64,000 nt of DNA from assembly GCA_002746215.1 (NCBI GenBank), contig NVWI01000004.1, positions 158,405-222,404 of the forward strand, read 5' to 3'. Below are positions 9,262 through 19,955 of the stretch, one piece after another (within the stretch, counting starts at the first letter, position 1; the number at the start of each line of letters is the position of its first letter). Source of the DNA: SAR86 cluster bacterium. Lineage in GTDB: Bacteria > Pseudomonadota > Gammaproteobacteria > Pseudomonadales > Pseudohongiellaceae. A program made the position numbers and the translations under genes. A model generated the notes under the pieces. It ran no database searches, was not told the DNA's origin, and saw nothing but the letters and a program-made list of their open reading frames with translations.

Positions 9262-11691
9262 TCAGGAAAGGGATGAGGTTGGCCTGGAAATTGCCGCAAG
9301 TATTCCTTCAATAGCCTGAGCTTCCCCAATCGCATTGCCCTGCACAAAATCAATGCCTATCTCCTTTAGAATGGCGATAGATTTATCATCCTCAACAAAT
9401 TCTGCAATGGTCTCTAACCCTATAATATGACCTACTTCATTTATTGATTTAACCATCGCAAGGTCAATTGGATCATTCGCAATGTCTTTAACAAAAACAC
9501 CATCAATTTTTAAATAATCCACATCAAGGTTCTTTAAATAAGCAAAAGAAGATAAGCCGCTACCAAAATCATCCAGAGCAAATCGACAGCCTACTTCCTT
9601 AAGTGTTGTAATAAACTCTTTTGCGGAGTCAAAGTTCGAAATTACTGAGGTCTCGGTGATTTCAAAACAAATTTTATTCCCTTCGATTCCAAATTTTTCA
9701 AGCTGGACGAGAATAAAAGCAAGGAAATCAGCCTTCGTAATAGATTGCCCAGAAATATTAAAAGAACAAAAATCCACTTCTCCCATAAATTGAGGATTTT
9801 CAGATAGCAGGCGAAACACATTCTCAACAACCCAGTAATCAATTTTTGAAATAAGCCTATAACGTTCAGCTATGGGTAAAAAATTATCAGGTGTGAAAAT
9901 TCCACCTGTCTCACTCTTCATTCTGATCAGGAATTCATAGTGATTCATGGAATTATCTCGTAACAATGCTATCGGCTGGGCGTAAAGACAAAACAGGTCT
10001 TTCTCCAAGGCTTTATTAATACGGTTGACCCATTGCATGTGGCCATGACGATGAGCCGTTTCAATGTCCTCACTATGATAAATATGAATACGGTTTCTAC
10101 CTTGATCCTTAGCGATATAACAAGCGGTATCTGCTTGCTTAAATATTTCGATAAGATCTATTGGTGTCGCATGCGTAATCGCAACCAGACCAATACTAGC
10201 CCCAACCCTAAAAGAATAACTTTCCCAAATAAATTGATAATCCTGAACAGCCTTCAACATCGAACTGGCAACAGCATAAGCTTGATCAATTGAGCAATCT
10301 TCCATTAATACGGCAAATTCATCTCCGCCAAATCGAACCAGGACATCATTGTTTCTTATTACAGCTTGCAGTTCGACACTCAATTTTTTTAACAATTTAT
10401 CGCCAGCAATATGGCCACAACTATCATTAACCACCTTGAATTGATCCAGATCCAAAAAACACAAGACGTGTTCATCTGCATGTACCTGAAGCATTGAAAG
10501 TACTTGTTCAAGACGCTCTTCTATTCCTCTTCGATTCATTAACCCTGTCAGAGGATCATGGCTAGCATAATATAAAAGTTGAGCTTCCATTTTCCTCCGC
10601 TCATCAATTTCAATTTGCAGCTTACTATTCTTCTTCGCTAGATTTCCCAATAAGAGGTCAAATTCTGTTTCGAGGTCACCAATTTCATCATTACGATCGG
10701 TGAATAATCTTTTAAAAGACAAGGCATCTAGATGTGGTTCAATTTCAATTTCAGCAATTTTTTCGCGAAGATTGGTTAATGGCTTGGTCACTATATGACG
10801 TAACAACAAAAATAAAATTATCATTATGATGGTGAAAAAAATGATATTCGAGGTCAGCATAAGTCGAACAGTCGCGTTACCTATACTACTTATCAACCTT
10901 GGTGTCTCTACTCGAAACAGCAGCCCTCCTCCGTAAAGATAAGGAAGGTATGAATATGTCAAAAGAATATTTTCATCGCTGACATTAGTGATAATTTCAC
11001 CTTCACCTGGCAGAGTAGCCAAGCCTTCAATACCCAATACTGCACTATCAGAACCTTGCAAAGGCCAGTACGTTATATCCAATTGGGTTTGCTTCATCAG
11101 AGTTTCGAGCATCGAATCATTTAACAGCCGCCCCATCAAAAGAGCACCTCTCATCGTGCTTTCGCCATCATTGGTCGAAATGGCATTTGAAGCAATAAGC
11201 ATAGGGCCTAAATTAGTTGAAATAATTCCATTTTCATTATGGTCAAGGCTGGTTCGTGATAAGAAAGACTGAAGTAATGTATCAATTGAAGAGAAGAAAT
11301 AGGACAAATCGACCATTGATTCCGTCGCTGGGTCATATACTCTTCCCCAAGCAAGGTTGCCATCCATATCAACAAGAAAAATTAACTCTAATTTTTCGTC
11401 TTGAAAGAGACTCAAGGCAGGTAGATAATTATCCTGAATATAGTCTTCGTTGCGGTCATCCATATACTTGTAAGTTAGATTCCATTCTCCCCAGTCGATT
11501 GTAAAAGTGACAAGCGCCTCTATCTCATTATCAATAGTATTAATCAGTCGGGTATTATTGCGGCGGGCGTCCTCAACTTCCAGGTTATCAAATGCGGGAG
11601 TAATAGTTCGTATCAGAGAAAAGTAATCAAGCGTTATGTATGCGCCAAAAACAAAAAAGATGACTACAATAATTTTATTTCCTAAAAGCAT
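9262..11691 (-). CDS. Membrane sensor with GGDEF (diguanylate cyclase) and EAL (phosphodiesterase) domains
   Basis: An N-terminal TM helix and a periplasmic region of about 260 aa are followed by a second TM helix. Then come RFGGDEFAVL (GGDEF) and an EAL domain (EFLIR, EITE, DDFGSGLSS, KID). Confidence 0.9.
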   Translation of the reverse strand: MLLGNKIIVVIFFVFGAYITLDYFSLIRTITPAFDNLEVEDARRNNTRLINTIDNEIEALVTFTIDWGEWNLTYKYMDDRNEDYIQDNYLPALSLFQDEKLELIFLVDMDGNLAWGRVYDPATESMVDLSYFFSSIDTLLQSFLSRTSLDHNENGIISTNLGPMLIASNAISTNDGESTMRGALLMGRLLNDSMLETLMKQTQLDITYWPLQGSDSAVLGIEGLATLPGEGEIITNVSDENILLTYSYLPYLYGGGLLFRVETPRLISSIGNATVRLMLTSNIIFFTIIMIILFLLLRHIVTKPLTNLREKIAEIEIEPHLDALSFKRLFTDRNDEIGDLETEFDLLLGNLAKKNSKLQIEIDERRKMEAQLLYYASHDPLTGLMNRRGIEERLEQVLSMLQVHADEHVLCFLDLDQFKVVNDSCGHIAGDKLLKKLSVELQAVIRNNDVLVRFGGDEFAVLMEDCSIDQAYAVASSMLKAVQDYQFIWESYSFRVGASIGLVAITHATPIDLIEIFKQADTACYIAKDQGRNRIHIYHSEDIETAHRHGHMQWVNRINKALEKDLFCLYAQPIALLRDNSMNHYEFLIRMKSETGGIFTPDNFLPIAERYRLISKIDYWVVENVFRLLSENPQFMGEVDFCSFNISGQSITKADFLAFILVQLEKFGIEGNKICFEITETSVISNFDSAKEFITTLKEVGCRFALDDFGSGLSSFAYLKNLDVDYLKIDGVFVKDIANDPIDLAMVKSINEVGHIIGLETIAEFVEDDKSIAILKEIGIDFVQGNAIGEAQAIEGILAAISRPTSSLS

Positions 11692-11823
11692 ATCTACATA
11701 TCCACTATTTGGGAAGTCGTCGTTTTAGCGTTTTTTCTGGGCAAGGTCTAGAGAATCTATTAGTTTTAAAATGATGAGCTTTTATACAAGCTTTCCACTA
11801 AAGAAATTATTTCTACCATCAAT

Positions 11824-12279
11824 TTACTCTGACACCTTATGTTTTTGCAATATTCTGTCAAGGTGGTTCGCAAATTGTTGTCGATCATTTTGATTAAGAG
11901 GCGCCGGCCCTCCTGTGTGCTCACCACTGGCCCGCATAGTATCCATAAAATCACGCATATTTAGGCGACTTTTTATATTGCTGGAAGTATAGAGTTCTCC
12001 ACGAGGACTCAAGGCCTGTCCACCTTTTTCTATTACTTCGTCTGCTAATGGAATGTCAGAAGTAATAACCAGATCACCCTCTTGTAGCAATTTAACAATT
12101 TCATCATCTGCCACATCAAAACCTGCTTTCACTTGAATGGCATTGATATAACGAGAACCAGATACACGGATTGACTGATTCGCGACCAGGGTTAATTCCG
12201 TCTGAGTTCTTTCAGCTGCCTTAAATAAGATATCTTTGATTACTATGGGACAGGCATCTGCATCAATCCAGATTTTCAA
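11824..12279 (-). CDS. yaiI: YaiI/YqxD family protein (UPF0178)
   Basis: The motif [10 protein letters not shown] lies at the N-terminus. I place the start at a TTG overlapping the pgpA stop (TTGA), which gives the 152-aa length typical of YaiI. The ORF-track ATG at 12312 would add 11 non-conserved residues. Confidence 0.75.
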   Translation of the reverse strand: MKIWIDADACPIVIKDILFKAAERTQTELTLVANQSIRVSGSRYINAIQVKAGFDVADDEIVKLLQEGDLVITSDIPLADEVIEKGGQALSPRGELYTSSNIKSRLNMRDFMDTMRASGEHTGGPAPLNQNDRQQFANHLDRILQKHKVSE

Positions 12280-12788
12280 GCAGCAACCCCAATAGCGATT
12301 AACTGCAAACACAACCAGGCAAAGCTACCTGCAATGGCATCATCGAGCATAATTCCCAGGCCTCCGTGCACATGTTTATCAAACACATTAATCGGAAAGG
12401 GTTTCAAAATATCGAAAAGACGAAACAAAATAAAACCAATAATTATCCATTCCCAGCCGCTGGGAGCCACCAGCATGGTAATCCAGTAACCAACAAACTC
12501 ATCCCAGACTATGCCGCCATGATCATGCACACCGAGTAATTTTGAGCTACGGCCACAGATATAGATTCCCACTGCAAAAGTGACAAGTAACATCCCCAAA
12601 TAAGCTAACAGCGGCAATTGGGCTAGCAACAGATAGAGAATAACCGCAACAACAGTGCCTGCCGTACCTGGTGCTTTGGGCGATAAGCCACTACCAAAGC
12701 CGAATGCCAGGAAATGCACCGGATGAGTAAAAACCGTTTTTTTCAAGGAGGGCATGAGATGGAATTTATGCAATAACGAACAGAGCAT
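12276..12788 (-). CDS. pgpA: Phosphatidylglycerophosphatase A
   Basis: Motifs found are [26 protein letters not shown], and [10 protein letters not shown]. The start is uncertain: the ATG at 12788 overlaps the upstream desaturase gene, and an alternative ATG lies at 12755. Confidence 0.85.
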   Translation of the reverse strand: MLCSLLHKFHLMPSLKKTVFTHPVHFLAFGFGSGLSPKAPGTAGTVVAVILYLLLAQLPLLAYLGMLLVTFAVGIYICGRSSKLLGVHDHGGIVWDEFVGYWITMLVAPSGWEWIIIGFILFRLFDILKPFPINVFDKHVHGGLGIMLDDAIAGSFAWLCLQLIAIGVAA

Positions 12789-13545
12789 CCCTCATTAGTT
12801 TTTCAGGAATTTGATGTTTGATCTTTTCATGTAACGCGGGAAGTTTCGACCAATGCAAGCCTTGTTGGTAGTGATGCGCAGTGTGATAACCCAGATTGCC
12901 GGTCATCAGGTTAAAGAAGCGATTAGTATTGTTATAAGACGCTTGAAACTGATCATCCGTATCAAGACCAGCATGATGATCGTAAGTTACCCAAGCGGTA
13001 AACAGCAGGCTAATAATCATCGGCACTACAAACACTAGAAGAGCCGGAACCAGTCGGAACCAACACAGCAGGATAATGCCCAATAAGGTCAGTAGTGAAT
13101 AAAATACAAAATTGCGTTGTACTCGGGTAAATTTCTTGCCAACCTGGAATCCTCGGAAATATGCCGTAGCGGCAATTACCAGGGTGTATTTTAGAGCGCT
13201 CATTATTTTTCCGTCCTTAGACTGCCAGGCACTTTCATCGAGGGATTGATCCAGAAAATGTCTATGATGCCCGAGTACATGATGCAATACCCAGAGGTTG
13301 GTGGTCGCGCCAGTATGTAGCGCGTAGAAAAATTCAAGGATGTGATTGAGCGGTTTAGCATAAAAGGTGGGAGTATGCTGGTGATGATGATTCCAGGCAC
13401 AAATTAAGCTACGTGGAATAATCATGAGCAGCAAATAGCCGATCAGCCAGACCATATTATCGACCAGAAAATAGACGCTGAAATCGATCATACTAAATGC
13501 CAGGACAAGAAAAACCGGGAGTCTGTCAGGGGGAAATCTAAACAT
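12766..13545 (-). CDS. Membrane fatty acid desaturase family protein
   Basis: It has three histidine boxes (HHHQH, HHVLGHHRH, HTAHHYQ) and multiple TM helices. Confidence 0.7.
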   Translation of the reverse strand: MFRFPPDRLPVFLVLAFSMIDFSVYFLVDNMVWLIGYLLLMIIPRSLICAWNHHHQHTPTFYAKPLNHILEFFYALHTGATTNLWVLHHVLGHHRHFLDQSLDESAWQSKDGKIMSALKYTLVIAATAYFRGFQVGKKFTRVQRNFVFYSLLTLLGIILLCWFRLVPALLVFVVPMIISLLFTAWVTYDHHAGLDTDDQFQASYNNTNRFFNLMTGNLGYHTAHHYQQGLHWSKLPALHEKIKHQIPEKLMRDALFVIA

Positions 13546-13563
13546 AAAAAACGTGAGCCTATA

Positions 13564-13592
13564 AAATCAAGGGGTCATAAATCAAGGGGTCA
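13564..13592 (-). promoter_or_regulatory. Perfect 14-bp direct repeat (TGACCCCTTGATTT x2 on the minus strand) just upstream of the desaturase start. It is a candidate regulator-binding site.
   Basis: AAATCAAGGGGTCA occurs at 13564-13577 and again at 13579-13592, which is 19-47 nt upstream of the ATG at 13545. Confidence 0.2.
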
Positions 13593-13641
13593 GGTTGCTT
13601 GATTGCTAAATCACTCTGACACCCTCTGTTAATACTTATCA

Positions 13642-14760
13642 TCAATCCAGCCGTTTATTAAAACGCATTATAGCAATACTCAATGCTATGAAGGCGAACG
13701 CTAAAAGCGCCAGTATATCTGAACTCAAAAAATCAATCTCTGCCCCGCGCAACATTATATTTCGAATAATACGATTAAAATGCGTTAAAGGCAGTACTTC
13801 AGCTATAGCTTGAGCCGCTTTTGGCATGCCATCAAAGGGGAACATAAAACCAGAGAGCAAGATGGAAGGCAGAAAAAAGAAAAAAGTCATTTGCATTGCC
13901 TGAAACTGGGTTTGTGCTGACGTTGAAATCAATAAGCCCAGCGCGAGATTTGCTGCAATAAAGACCATGGTAGCTAGATACACATCAATTAGACTGCCTT
14001 GCACCGGCACCCTGAACAAAAACCAGCCTAATATTAAAATTAGGCTAACCTGGATAAAGCCAATTACGACATAAGGCAGTATTTTTCCTAGCATCAATTC
14101 CAGAGATTTAACCGGCGTATTGATTAAAAACTCCATATTGCCGCGCTCTTTCTCTCTTACTATAGCGACAGCTGTAAACAGCACCATTGTCATGGTTAAT
14201 ATAACGCCTATCAAACCCGGCACAATATTGACGGCTGAACGTCGCTCTGGATTATAAAAATTTCTGACCTCTAAACCGACCGAACCTTGTAATCGTCTTG
14301 TGCTGTCAAAGCTCACAGGAATATTCGCTAACTGTCGACCAACGCCAAGGATGATGGGATCAGTACCATCTACCAAAATCTGCGCTGCCGCTCTGTTGCC
14401 GCCGGCTCCGACTCTGTTTCTATCTAAAATACGCCGATCAAAATCTGGTGGTATATACAAACCAATGGAGATACTCCCTTGATCCATCAATGTAGTTAAC
14501 TCTTCAATTGTCGCGACTCGATACTGAAAATCAACAACCTGTGATGCCGTCATATCACTCACCATTTGGCGCGAAAGTGATGTATCAGCCTGGTCAACAA
14601 GCGCTGCCGTTAAATTGCGCACATCTGTATTTATTGCAAAACCAAAGAGCACTAATTGAATCAGGGGGATGCCGACGATCATGCCAAAAGTCAGCCTGTC
14701 TCTTAGTAGCTGAGTAAATTCCTTATGAAAAATAGCGTAGAGTCGCAGCAAAGATTTCAT
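13642..14760 (-). CDS. ABC-2 type transporter permease (YbhS/YbhR/YhhJ-like)
   Basis: It has an N-terminal TM helix, a large periplasmic loop and five C-terminal TM helices. Its start overlaps the stop of the upstream ATPase gene by 4 nt. Confidence 0.85.
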   Translation of the reverse strand: MKSLLRLYAIFHKEFTQLLRDRLTFGMIVGIPLIQLVLFGFAINTDVRNLTAALVDQADTSLSRQMVSDMTASQVVDFQYRVATIEELTTLMDQGSISIGLYIPPDFDRRILDRNRVGAGGNRAAAQILVDGTDPIILGVGRQLANIPVSFDSTRRLQGSVGLEVRNFYNPERRSAVNIVPGLIGVILTMTMVLFTAVAIVREKERGNMEFLINTPVKSLELMLGKILPYVVIGFIQVSLILILGWFLFRVPVQGSLIDVYLATMVFIAANLALGLLISTSAQTQFQAMQMTFFFFLPSILLSGFMFPFDGMPKAAQAIAEVLPLTHFNRIIRNIMLRGAEIDFLSSDILALLAFAFIALSIAIMRFNKRLD

Positions 14761-15746
14761 GAGACGACTTCCTGCCCTTTGCCTTTTGTACGTTCCTGCC
14801 TCTGTTCTTTTCTGTGTTTTTCCGTTACTGCTACAAAAACATCTTCCAGATTTGGTTCAATTTCAGCAACAGTTCCGGTTAATCCATTACGGTGTAAGAT
14901 TGCTTCCACTTTTTGTAAGGAATCAGCAACTGATTTTGGCATCAACACACGTAAATGTAGCCCCACCTGAGTCACACTGAATACTTCAGCTAATTTTAAT
15001 AAGGCGATTCTGGCTTCATTGGCCTTTTCAGTGATGACCTCATAAACATTCATATCAATGTTTTCACCCAGGTTTTTTGGTGTGTCATCAGCAACAATGA
15101 CGCCTTCATCCAAAATTGCCAGACGATGACAACGCTCAGCCTCATCCATGTAATGAGTAGAAACCAGAATAGTTGTTCCTTGCTCGGCAAGGGAAAATAA
15201 GGTCACCCAGAAATCACGCCGGTTTTGTGGATCAACGGCACTGGTTGGCTCGTCCAATAGCAGTAAACTCGGCTTATGTAAAATTGCAGCGGCCAAAGCT
15301 AAACGCTGACGCTGACCGCCACTAAGTGTTCCTGCACGTTGCTTCGCTTGAGATGAAAGCTCAAACTCTTCGAGCAATTCATTGACGCGTTGTTTTCTCT
15401 GTTTCCGCGGGATGGCATATATCTCGCCAACAAATGCCAGATTCTCTTTAACCGTTAAATCATCATAAAGTGAGAACTTCTGAGTCATATAGCCAATCTG
15501 ATGTTTTAAAATTTCTGCTTGTCTGGGAATTTGTAAACCCAGTACCTCTACCGTGCCTGAAGACGGTGTTAGCAAGCCACACAACATTCGAATGGTCGTC
15601 GATTTTCCCGAACCATTAGGCCCAAGAAAGCCATAAATAGAACCTGTCGGAATTTTTAAATTAATATTATTGACGGCAAGCAAGGAGCCAAAACGGCGGC
15701 TAAGCCCTGTTGCCGTGATTGCATAGTTTTCTTGTGAGGGATTCAA
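14757..15746 (-). CDS. ABC transporter ATP-binding protein (YbhF/CcmA-like)
   Basis: It carries Walker A GPNGSGKST, signature LSGGQRQR, and Walker B LLLLDEPT. Confidence 0.9.
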   Translation of the reverse strand: MNPSQENYAITATGLSRRFGSLLAVNNINLKIPTGSIYGFLGPNGSGKSTTIRMLCGLLTPSSGTVEVLGLQIPRQAEILKHQIGYMTQKFSLYDDLTVKENLAFVGEIYAIPRKQRKQRVNELLEEFELSSQAKQRAGTLSGGQRQRLALAAAILHKPSLLLLDEPTSAVDPQNRRDFWVTLFSLAEQGTTILVSTHYMDEAERCHRLAILDEGVIVADDTPKNLGENIDMNVYEVITEKANEARIALLKLAEVFSVTQVGLHLRVLMPKSVADSLQKVEAILHRNGLTGTVAEIEPNLEDVFVAVTEKHRKEQRQERTKGKGQEVVS

Positions 15747-15757
15747 AATAAAACCGT

Positions 15758-16696
15758 TTAAAAAATAACTTCTACTGGCACGCCGTCGGGCAACCTTTCC
15801 CTTTGCGTCTCAAGTGTTATCTCGGCAAGGTAACTCAGCCTGCCACGATCACTTTCTGTCAGGGAGTAATACGGGGTAAAAGAAGCTTCACTGGCAATTC
15901 TTCGCACTGTTCCAGCGAATGGTGTTTCTATACCATCAACCTTAATACTGACCTGAGTACCAGGTCTCACATTAATACGCAAAGCTTCAGGCACATAAAC
16001 ACGGGCGTAGGGTTGTTCCCCTGTTAGAAGAACGGCAACAACACTGCCCACGGGAGGGCGTTCTCCAATCTCAAAAGGCAAAGAATCTATAATTGCAGCG
16101 ACTGGAGCTAGACTGATTAAACGTGCTTTATCTATTGAAATTACGTCAAGTCTGGCATTTGCGCCGACTAAGAGCTGGCGAGTTTGTTCTATTTTTTCAA
16201 GCCTGGTTCCCGCTTCCAGTTCTCTTAATCTGGCACTGGCCTGTTCTATATTAGCTTGTGAAGCGTCGCGCTGCGAACGTGCAATATCGATTCTTTCCTG
16301 AGTCGCAACATCTGCTCCCAGGCGTTCGAGTCTGCCTAATTCCAAGAGGTTAATTTCGTATTGAACCTGTACAGCTCGGAGCGTTGCCTGAGCTGCTTCA
16401 ATAACTTCATTACGCGGGCCCGCTATCTGCTCGGCAAGTACCGCTTCCAGATTAGCAATCGACGCCCTGGCTTCTGCTTCTCTGGCAAGGATGCGGACAT
16501 TATCTTGCGCCAGTAAGACCTCTCCAGCGCTGACTGTCTGACCTTCAATAACATTTATTGCAATAATGGGCTCAAAACTTTCAACTGAAATTTCGACACG
16601 GTCTGATTCAAGCAAACCAACGGCAACAGGTACCATTTCTTCACAAGCCACCAGAAAAATGACTATGGGTAAAAGCATGCTTTTATGCATAAGCAC
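15758..16696 (-). CDS. HlyD-family periplasmic adaptor (YbhG-like)
   Basis: It has a signal/lipobox-like N-terminus (FLVAC), a coiled-coil middle and a beta-barrel C-terminus. It sits upstream of the ABC-2 ATPase and permease genes. Confidence 0.8.
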   Translation of the reverse strand: MLMHKSMLLPIVIFLVACEEMVPVAVGLLESDRVEISVESFEPIIAINVIEGQTVSAGEVLLAQDNVRILAREAEARASIANLEAVLAEQIAGPRNEVIEAAQATLRAVQVQYEINLLELGRLERLGADVATQERIDIARSQRDASQANIEQASARLRELEAGTRLEKIEQTRQLLVGANARLDVISIDKARLISLAPVAAIIDSLPFEIGERPPVGSVVAVLLTGEQPYARVYVPEALRINVRPGTQVSIKVDGIETPFAGTVRRIASEASFTPYYSLTESDRGRLSYLAEITLETQRERLPDGVPVEVIF

Positions 16697-16754
16697 TTCC
16701 TATCCTGTTGTTTAACTACCCAACTAACTATTCAAGCTATTGCTATGAAAATAA

Positions 16755-17750
16755 TTAACTAAAATGCCGATAGCCTGAATTCTTTATGTCAATTTCACGC
16801 CCATCACTATCCAGGCACTTAACCCTGCTACCCTTTACAACTCGACCTATTAGCGTCAATGGTACATTAATTTCTGCCGCTTTTTGTTGCAATTCTTCTT
16901 GTTGATCCTCGGCAACGGTTAGGGCTAATTCATATTCATCACCCGCCGTTAAAGCTAAATTCAAACCCTTACTTTTATCACCCATTGCACCCATGAAATT
17001 TTTCACTGCCTTCGAAATAGGAATAGCCTTTGCATTTAGTACAATGCCAACACCACTTTGTTCAGCAATATGCCCGAGATCAGCCATTAAACCATCAGAA
17101 ATATCGATAGCGGCTGAGGCTATCCCTGCAATACTTTGCCCCAGAATCACTCGCGGAACAGGCTGGTAGTATGCGCTGTGAAGCTCTTTGGTATCAGGCT
17201 TGTCCAAAGACATACCATTGCCCAGTAGACTCACAGCTAAACCTGCTGCACCTAACTCACCCGATACATAAACCAGTTCGCCGGGCCTGGCGCTGTCTCG
17301 CCTGAGTATTTTGCCTCTCTCAAGCAAGCCATGGACCTGTATCGTAATACTTAAAGGCCCTTTCGTAATATCCCCCCCGATAAGCGGGCAACGATACTTT
17401 TGAATCATTTGCTCCAGACCCAAGCTAAAGCCTTGTAGCCATGCCTCTTCTACTTTCGGCAAACTCAATGCAAGAGTAAATGCTAAAGGCTCAGCCCCCA
17501 TGGCAGCTAAATCACTTAAATTAACGGCCAAAGCGCGTTGAGCAATTAAGCCAGAATCAGCCTTGGCTGGGAAATGCACATCAGCGACTAAAGTGTCCAT
17601 GGATACGGCTAAAAGTCTTTCTGGAGGGAGGTCAATCACAGCGCAGTCATCGCCTATTCCCAAAGGGATTCTTGCAGACTGCTCCGTTGTTGGGATTAAA
17701 CCGGACTTATTAAAATAGTCCTTGATAAGATCAAATTCTGAAATGGCCAA
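16755..17750 (-). CDS. thiL: Thiamine-monophosphate kinase
   Basis: It has the AIR-synthase-like fold motifs IGDDCAV and DISDGL. Its position is the conserved one downstream of nusB. Confidence 0.9.
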   Translation of the reverse strand: MAISEFDLIKDYFNKSGLIPTTEQSARIPLGIGDDCAVIDLPPERLLAVSMDTLVADVHFPAKADSGLIAQRALAVNLSDLAAMGAEPLAFTLALSLPKVEEAWLQGFSLGLEQMIQKYRCPLIGGDITKGPLSITIQVHGLLERGKILRRDSARPGELVYVSGELGAAGLAVSLLGNGMSLDKPDTKELHSAYYQPVPRVILGQSIAGIASAAIDISDGLMADLGHIAEQSGVGIVLNAKAIPISKAVKNFMGAMGDKSKGLNLALTAGDEYELALTVAEDQQEELQQKAAEINVPLTLIGRVVKGSRVKCLDSDGREIDIKNSGYRHFS

Positions 17751-17855
17751 GATTCCTACCTCAACACTTCATTGAAGCGGGAGTTAGCGATTATTGAGGA
17801 ACCGTCTTCAGCATAATCACCAAGGATGTCTTTACGGCCTGTTCCGAAATAACGG

Positions 17856-18311
17856 CTAACTCTCGCTGGTTCTATTTATTTCCAAAGCCCGCAAATCTCT
17901 GGCAAGTTTATCTAAGACGCCATTGATATATTTATAGCTATCAGTAGCACCATATTTTTTTGCCAGATCAACATATTCATTGATCACGACCTTATAAGGC
18001 ACATCAATACGTTCTGAAAATTCTAAACTACCTAAGCGTAAAAGGGCCAGCTCAATAGGATCAATTTGATTTAACTTACGATCAAGCTTATCTGCAAAAG
18101 TCTGATCAACTTTCTCAGTATTAGTGATGATATGAACCAGCGCCTGGTGAAAAAAGTCCCAATCAATTTTAGCGGCATTATCTGCACGAAATTGTGCTTC
18201 TATATCGCTGCTTGAACCATCGGCCAGTTGCCATTGGTAAAGCGCTTGAACCAATAAATTTCTGGCTTTTTTTCGATGCGAAATCTTAGGCTGTGATGAA
18301 TCTTCAGACAT
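17856..18311 (-). CDS. nusB: Transcription antitermination factor NusB
   Basis: The 151-aa protein has the ARNLLVQALYQW motif and sits in the conserved ribH-nusB-thiL order. Confidence 0.9.
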   Translation of the reverse strand: MSEDSSQPKISHRKKARNLLVQALYQWQLADGSSSDIEAQFRADNAAKIDWDFFHQALVHIITNTEKVDQTFADKLDRKLNQIDPIELALLRLGSLEFSERIDVPYKVVINEYVDLAKKYGATDSYKYINGVLDKLARDLRALEINRTSES

Positions 18312-18315
18312 AGCG

Positions 18316-18786
18316 TTAAAGCTTACGTAACAGGCTGACCATTTCCATCGCGGTCATCGCAACATCAGCACCTTTATTCCCGGCCTTTGTTCCTGCCCGC
18401 TCAATAGCCTGCTCAATAGTATCAACCGTGAGCACGCCGAAAGCGACAGGTATATCAAATTCCAAACTGACTTGATTAAGCCCACGGCTACATTGCGTAC
18501 AAACATAATCAAAATGAGGCGTACTACCTTTGATGACGGCACCCAGCGCAATGATAGCGTCATACTGTTCTGTCTGAGCTATTTTTTGAGCCGCCAACGG
18601 TAATTCAAAGGCACCTGGCACCTTTATTACGGTAATTGCGCTGTCAGATACACCATGACGTTTTAAGCAAGAGATAGCCCCATCTTGCAGACTATTAACA
18701 ATAAACTCATTAAAACGGCTAACAACAATCGCGTAATTCGCACTTGCGCCACCAAACTCGCCTTCAATTGTTTTTATATCACTCAT
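18316..18786 (-). CDS. ribH: 6,7-dimethyl-8-ribityllumazine synthase
   Basis: The 156-aa protein has VPGAFELP and [14 protein letters not shown] motifs. Confidence 0.95.
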   Translation of the reverse strand: MSDIKTIEGEFGGASANYAIVVSRFNEFIVNSLQDGAISCLKRHGVSDSAITVIKVPGAFELPLAAQKIAQTEQYDAIIALGAVIKGSTPHFDYVCTQCSRGLNQVSLEFDIPVAFGVLTVDTIEQAIERAGTKAGNKGADVAMTAMEMVSLLRKL

Positions 18787-18836
18787 AATATTCTCTGACT
18801 CTGTCTGCTTATTTAGTGCTTTTTTAGTAGATTAGC

Positions 18837-19955
18837 TTATTCTTCACAAGGGATATATTCCACAACTTCCAAATCAAAACCTGAAATAGCATATTTTGTT
18901 GGGTAACTCATGAGTCGCATTTTCCCGACACCCAGATCTCTGAGAATCTGAGAGCCAGTACCTACATTCAAGAACATACCCTGAGACGTTTTTGCAGGCG
19001 CTCTGGTTTCCTCTAGTTCACTAATTCTGGCCAGCTGCTGCAAAAGGTCGGAGTTGCCTTGCTCACCCGCCAATATAACCACTACGCCTTTACCTTCTTC
19101 ACTAATTTTTTCCATTGCTTGATGTAATGACCAGCTTGAGCGTTTTGAGTTTTTTACGCCGAGCAGGTCTCTTACAGTATTAGTGACTAAAACCCGCACC
19201 AAAACAGGCTCCTCTGCTTTGATATCACCTTTCACTAAAGCCAGATGAGTGGGCTCACCTTCCTTTATGCTGTCGCGGTAGCAATAAATTTCAAAATCTC
19301 CATATTCAGTTAACAAAGAATATTGCTGAATACGTTCAACCGTTTGCTCATTAGCAATTCGATAATGCACCAGATCCATAATGGTGCCGATTTTTAATCC
19401 ATGCTCTTGCGCAAATTTTTCCAGATCAGCTCTTCGGGCCATGGAGCCATCAGCATTCATGACTTCACAAATTGCCGCTGCCGGTGTTAAACCTGCCATC
19501 CTGGCCAAATCACAACCGGCTTCAGTATGACCAGCCCTACGCAGAACACCGCCTTCTTTAGCCATCAAGGGGAATATATGCCCAGGTTGAACAATATCAG
19601 CGGGCACAGCACCTGGCGCAACAGCGGCTTGAATAGTGCGCGCCCTATCAGCGGCAGAAATACCTGTCGTGACACCTTCAGCGGCTTCAATAGAAACCGT
19701 AAAGTTGGTACCGAAAGAGGTCTGGTTAGCACTCACCATTAAGGGAAGTTGTAAGAACTGGCAACTTTCTTCTGTCAACGTCAAACAAATTAAACCGCGT
19801 GCATGTGTCGCCATGAAATTGATTTCTGCTGCAGTAACTTTATCAGCAGCGACAACAATATCACCTTCATTCTCCCTGTCCTCATCATCCATCAGGATGA
19901 CCATTTTTCCCTGGCGAATATCTTCAATCAGTTCTTGAGCAGTATTTAATTGCAT
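18837..19955 (-). CDS. ribBA: Bifunctional 3,4-dihydroxy-2-butanone-4-phosphate synthase / GTP cyclohydrolase II-like protein
   Basis: The N-terminal DHBP synthase motifs are [10 protein letters not shown] and GHTEA. A RibA-like C-terminal half follows. Confidence 0.9.
   Translation of the reverse strand: MQLNTAQELIEDIRQGKMVILMDDEDRENEGDIVVAADKVTAAEINFMATHARGLICLTLTEESCQFLQLPLMVSANQTSFGTNFTVSIEAAEGVTTGISAADRARTIQAAVAPGAVPADIVQPGHIFPLMAKEGGVLRRAGHTEAGCDLARMAGLTPAAAICEVMNADGSMARRADLEKFAQEHGLKIGTIMDLVHYRIANEQTVERIQQYSLLTEYGDFEIYCYRDSIKEGEPTHLALVKGDIKAEEPVLVRVLVTNTVRDLLGVKNSKRSSWSLHQAMEKISEEGKGVVVILAGEQGNSDLLQQLARISELEETRAPAKTSQGMFLNVGTGSQILRDLGVGKMRLMSYPTKYAISGFDLEVVEYIPCEE

Noticed and set aside
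9262-9990. Degenerate, inactive EAL domain (motif reads EFL instead of EAL, and AEFVE instead of AEGVE)
   Set aside because: The other catalytic blocks (EITE, DDFGSG, KID, QG) are intact, and single substitutions at the Ala position occur in active enzymes. Inactivity cannot be inferred from sequence alone.
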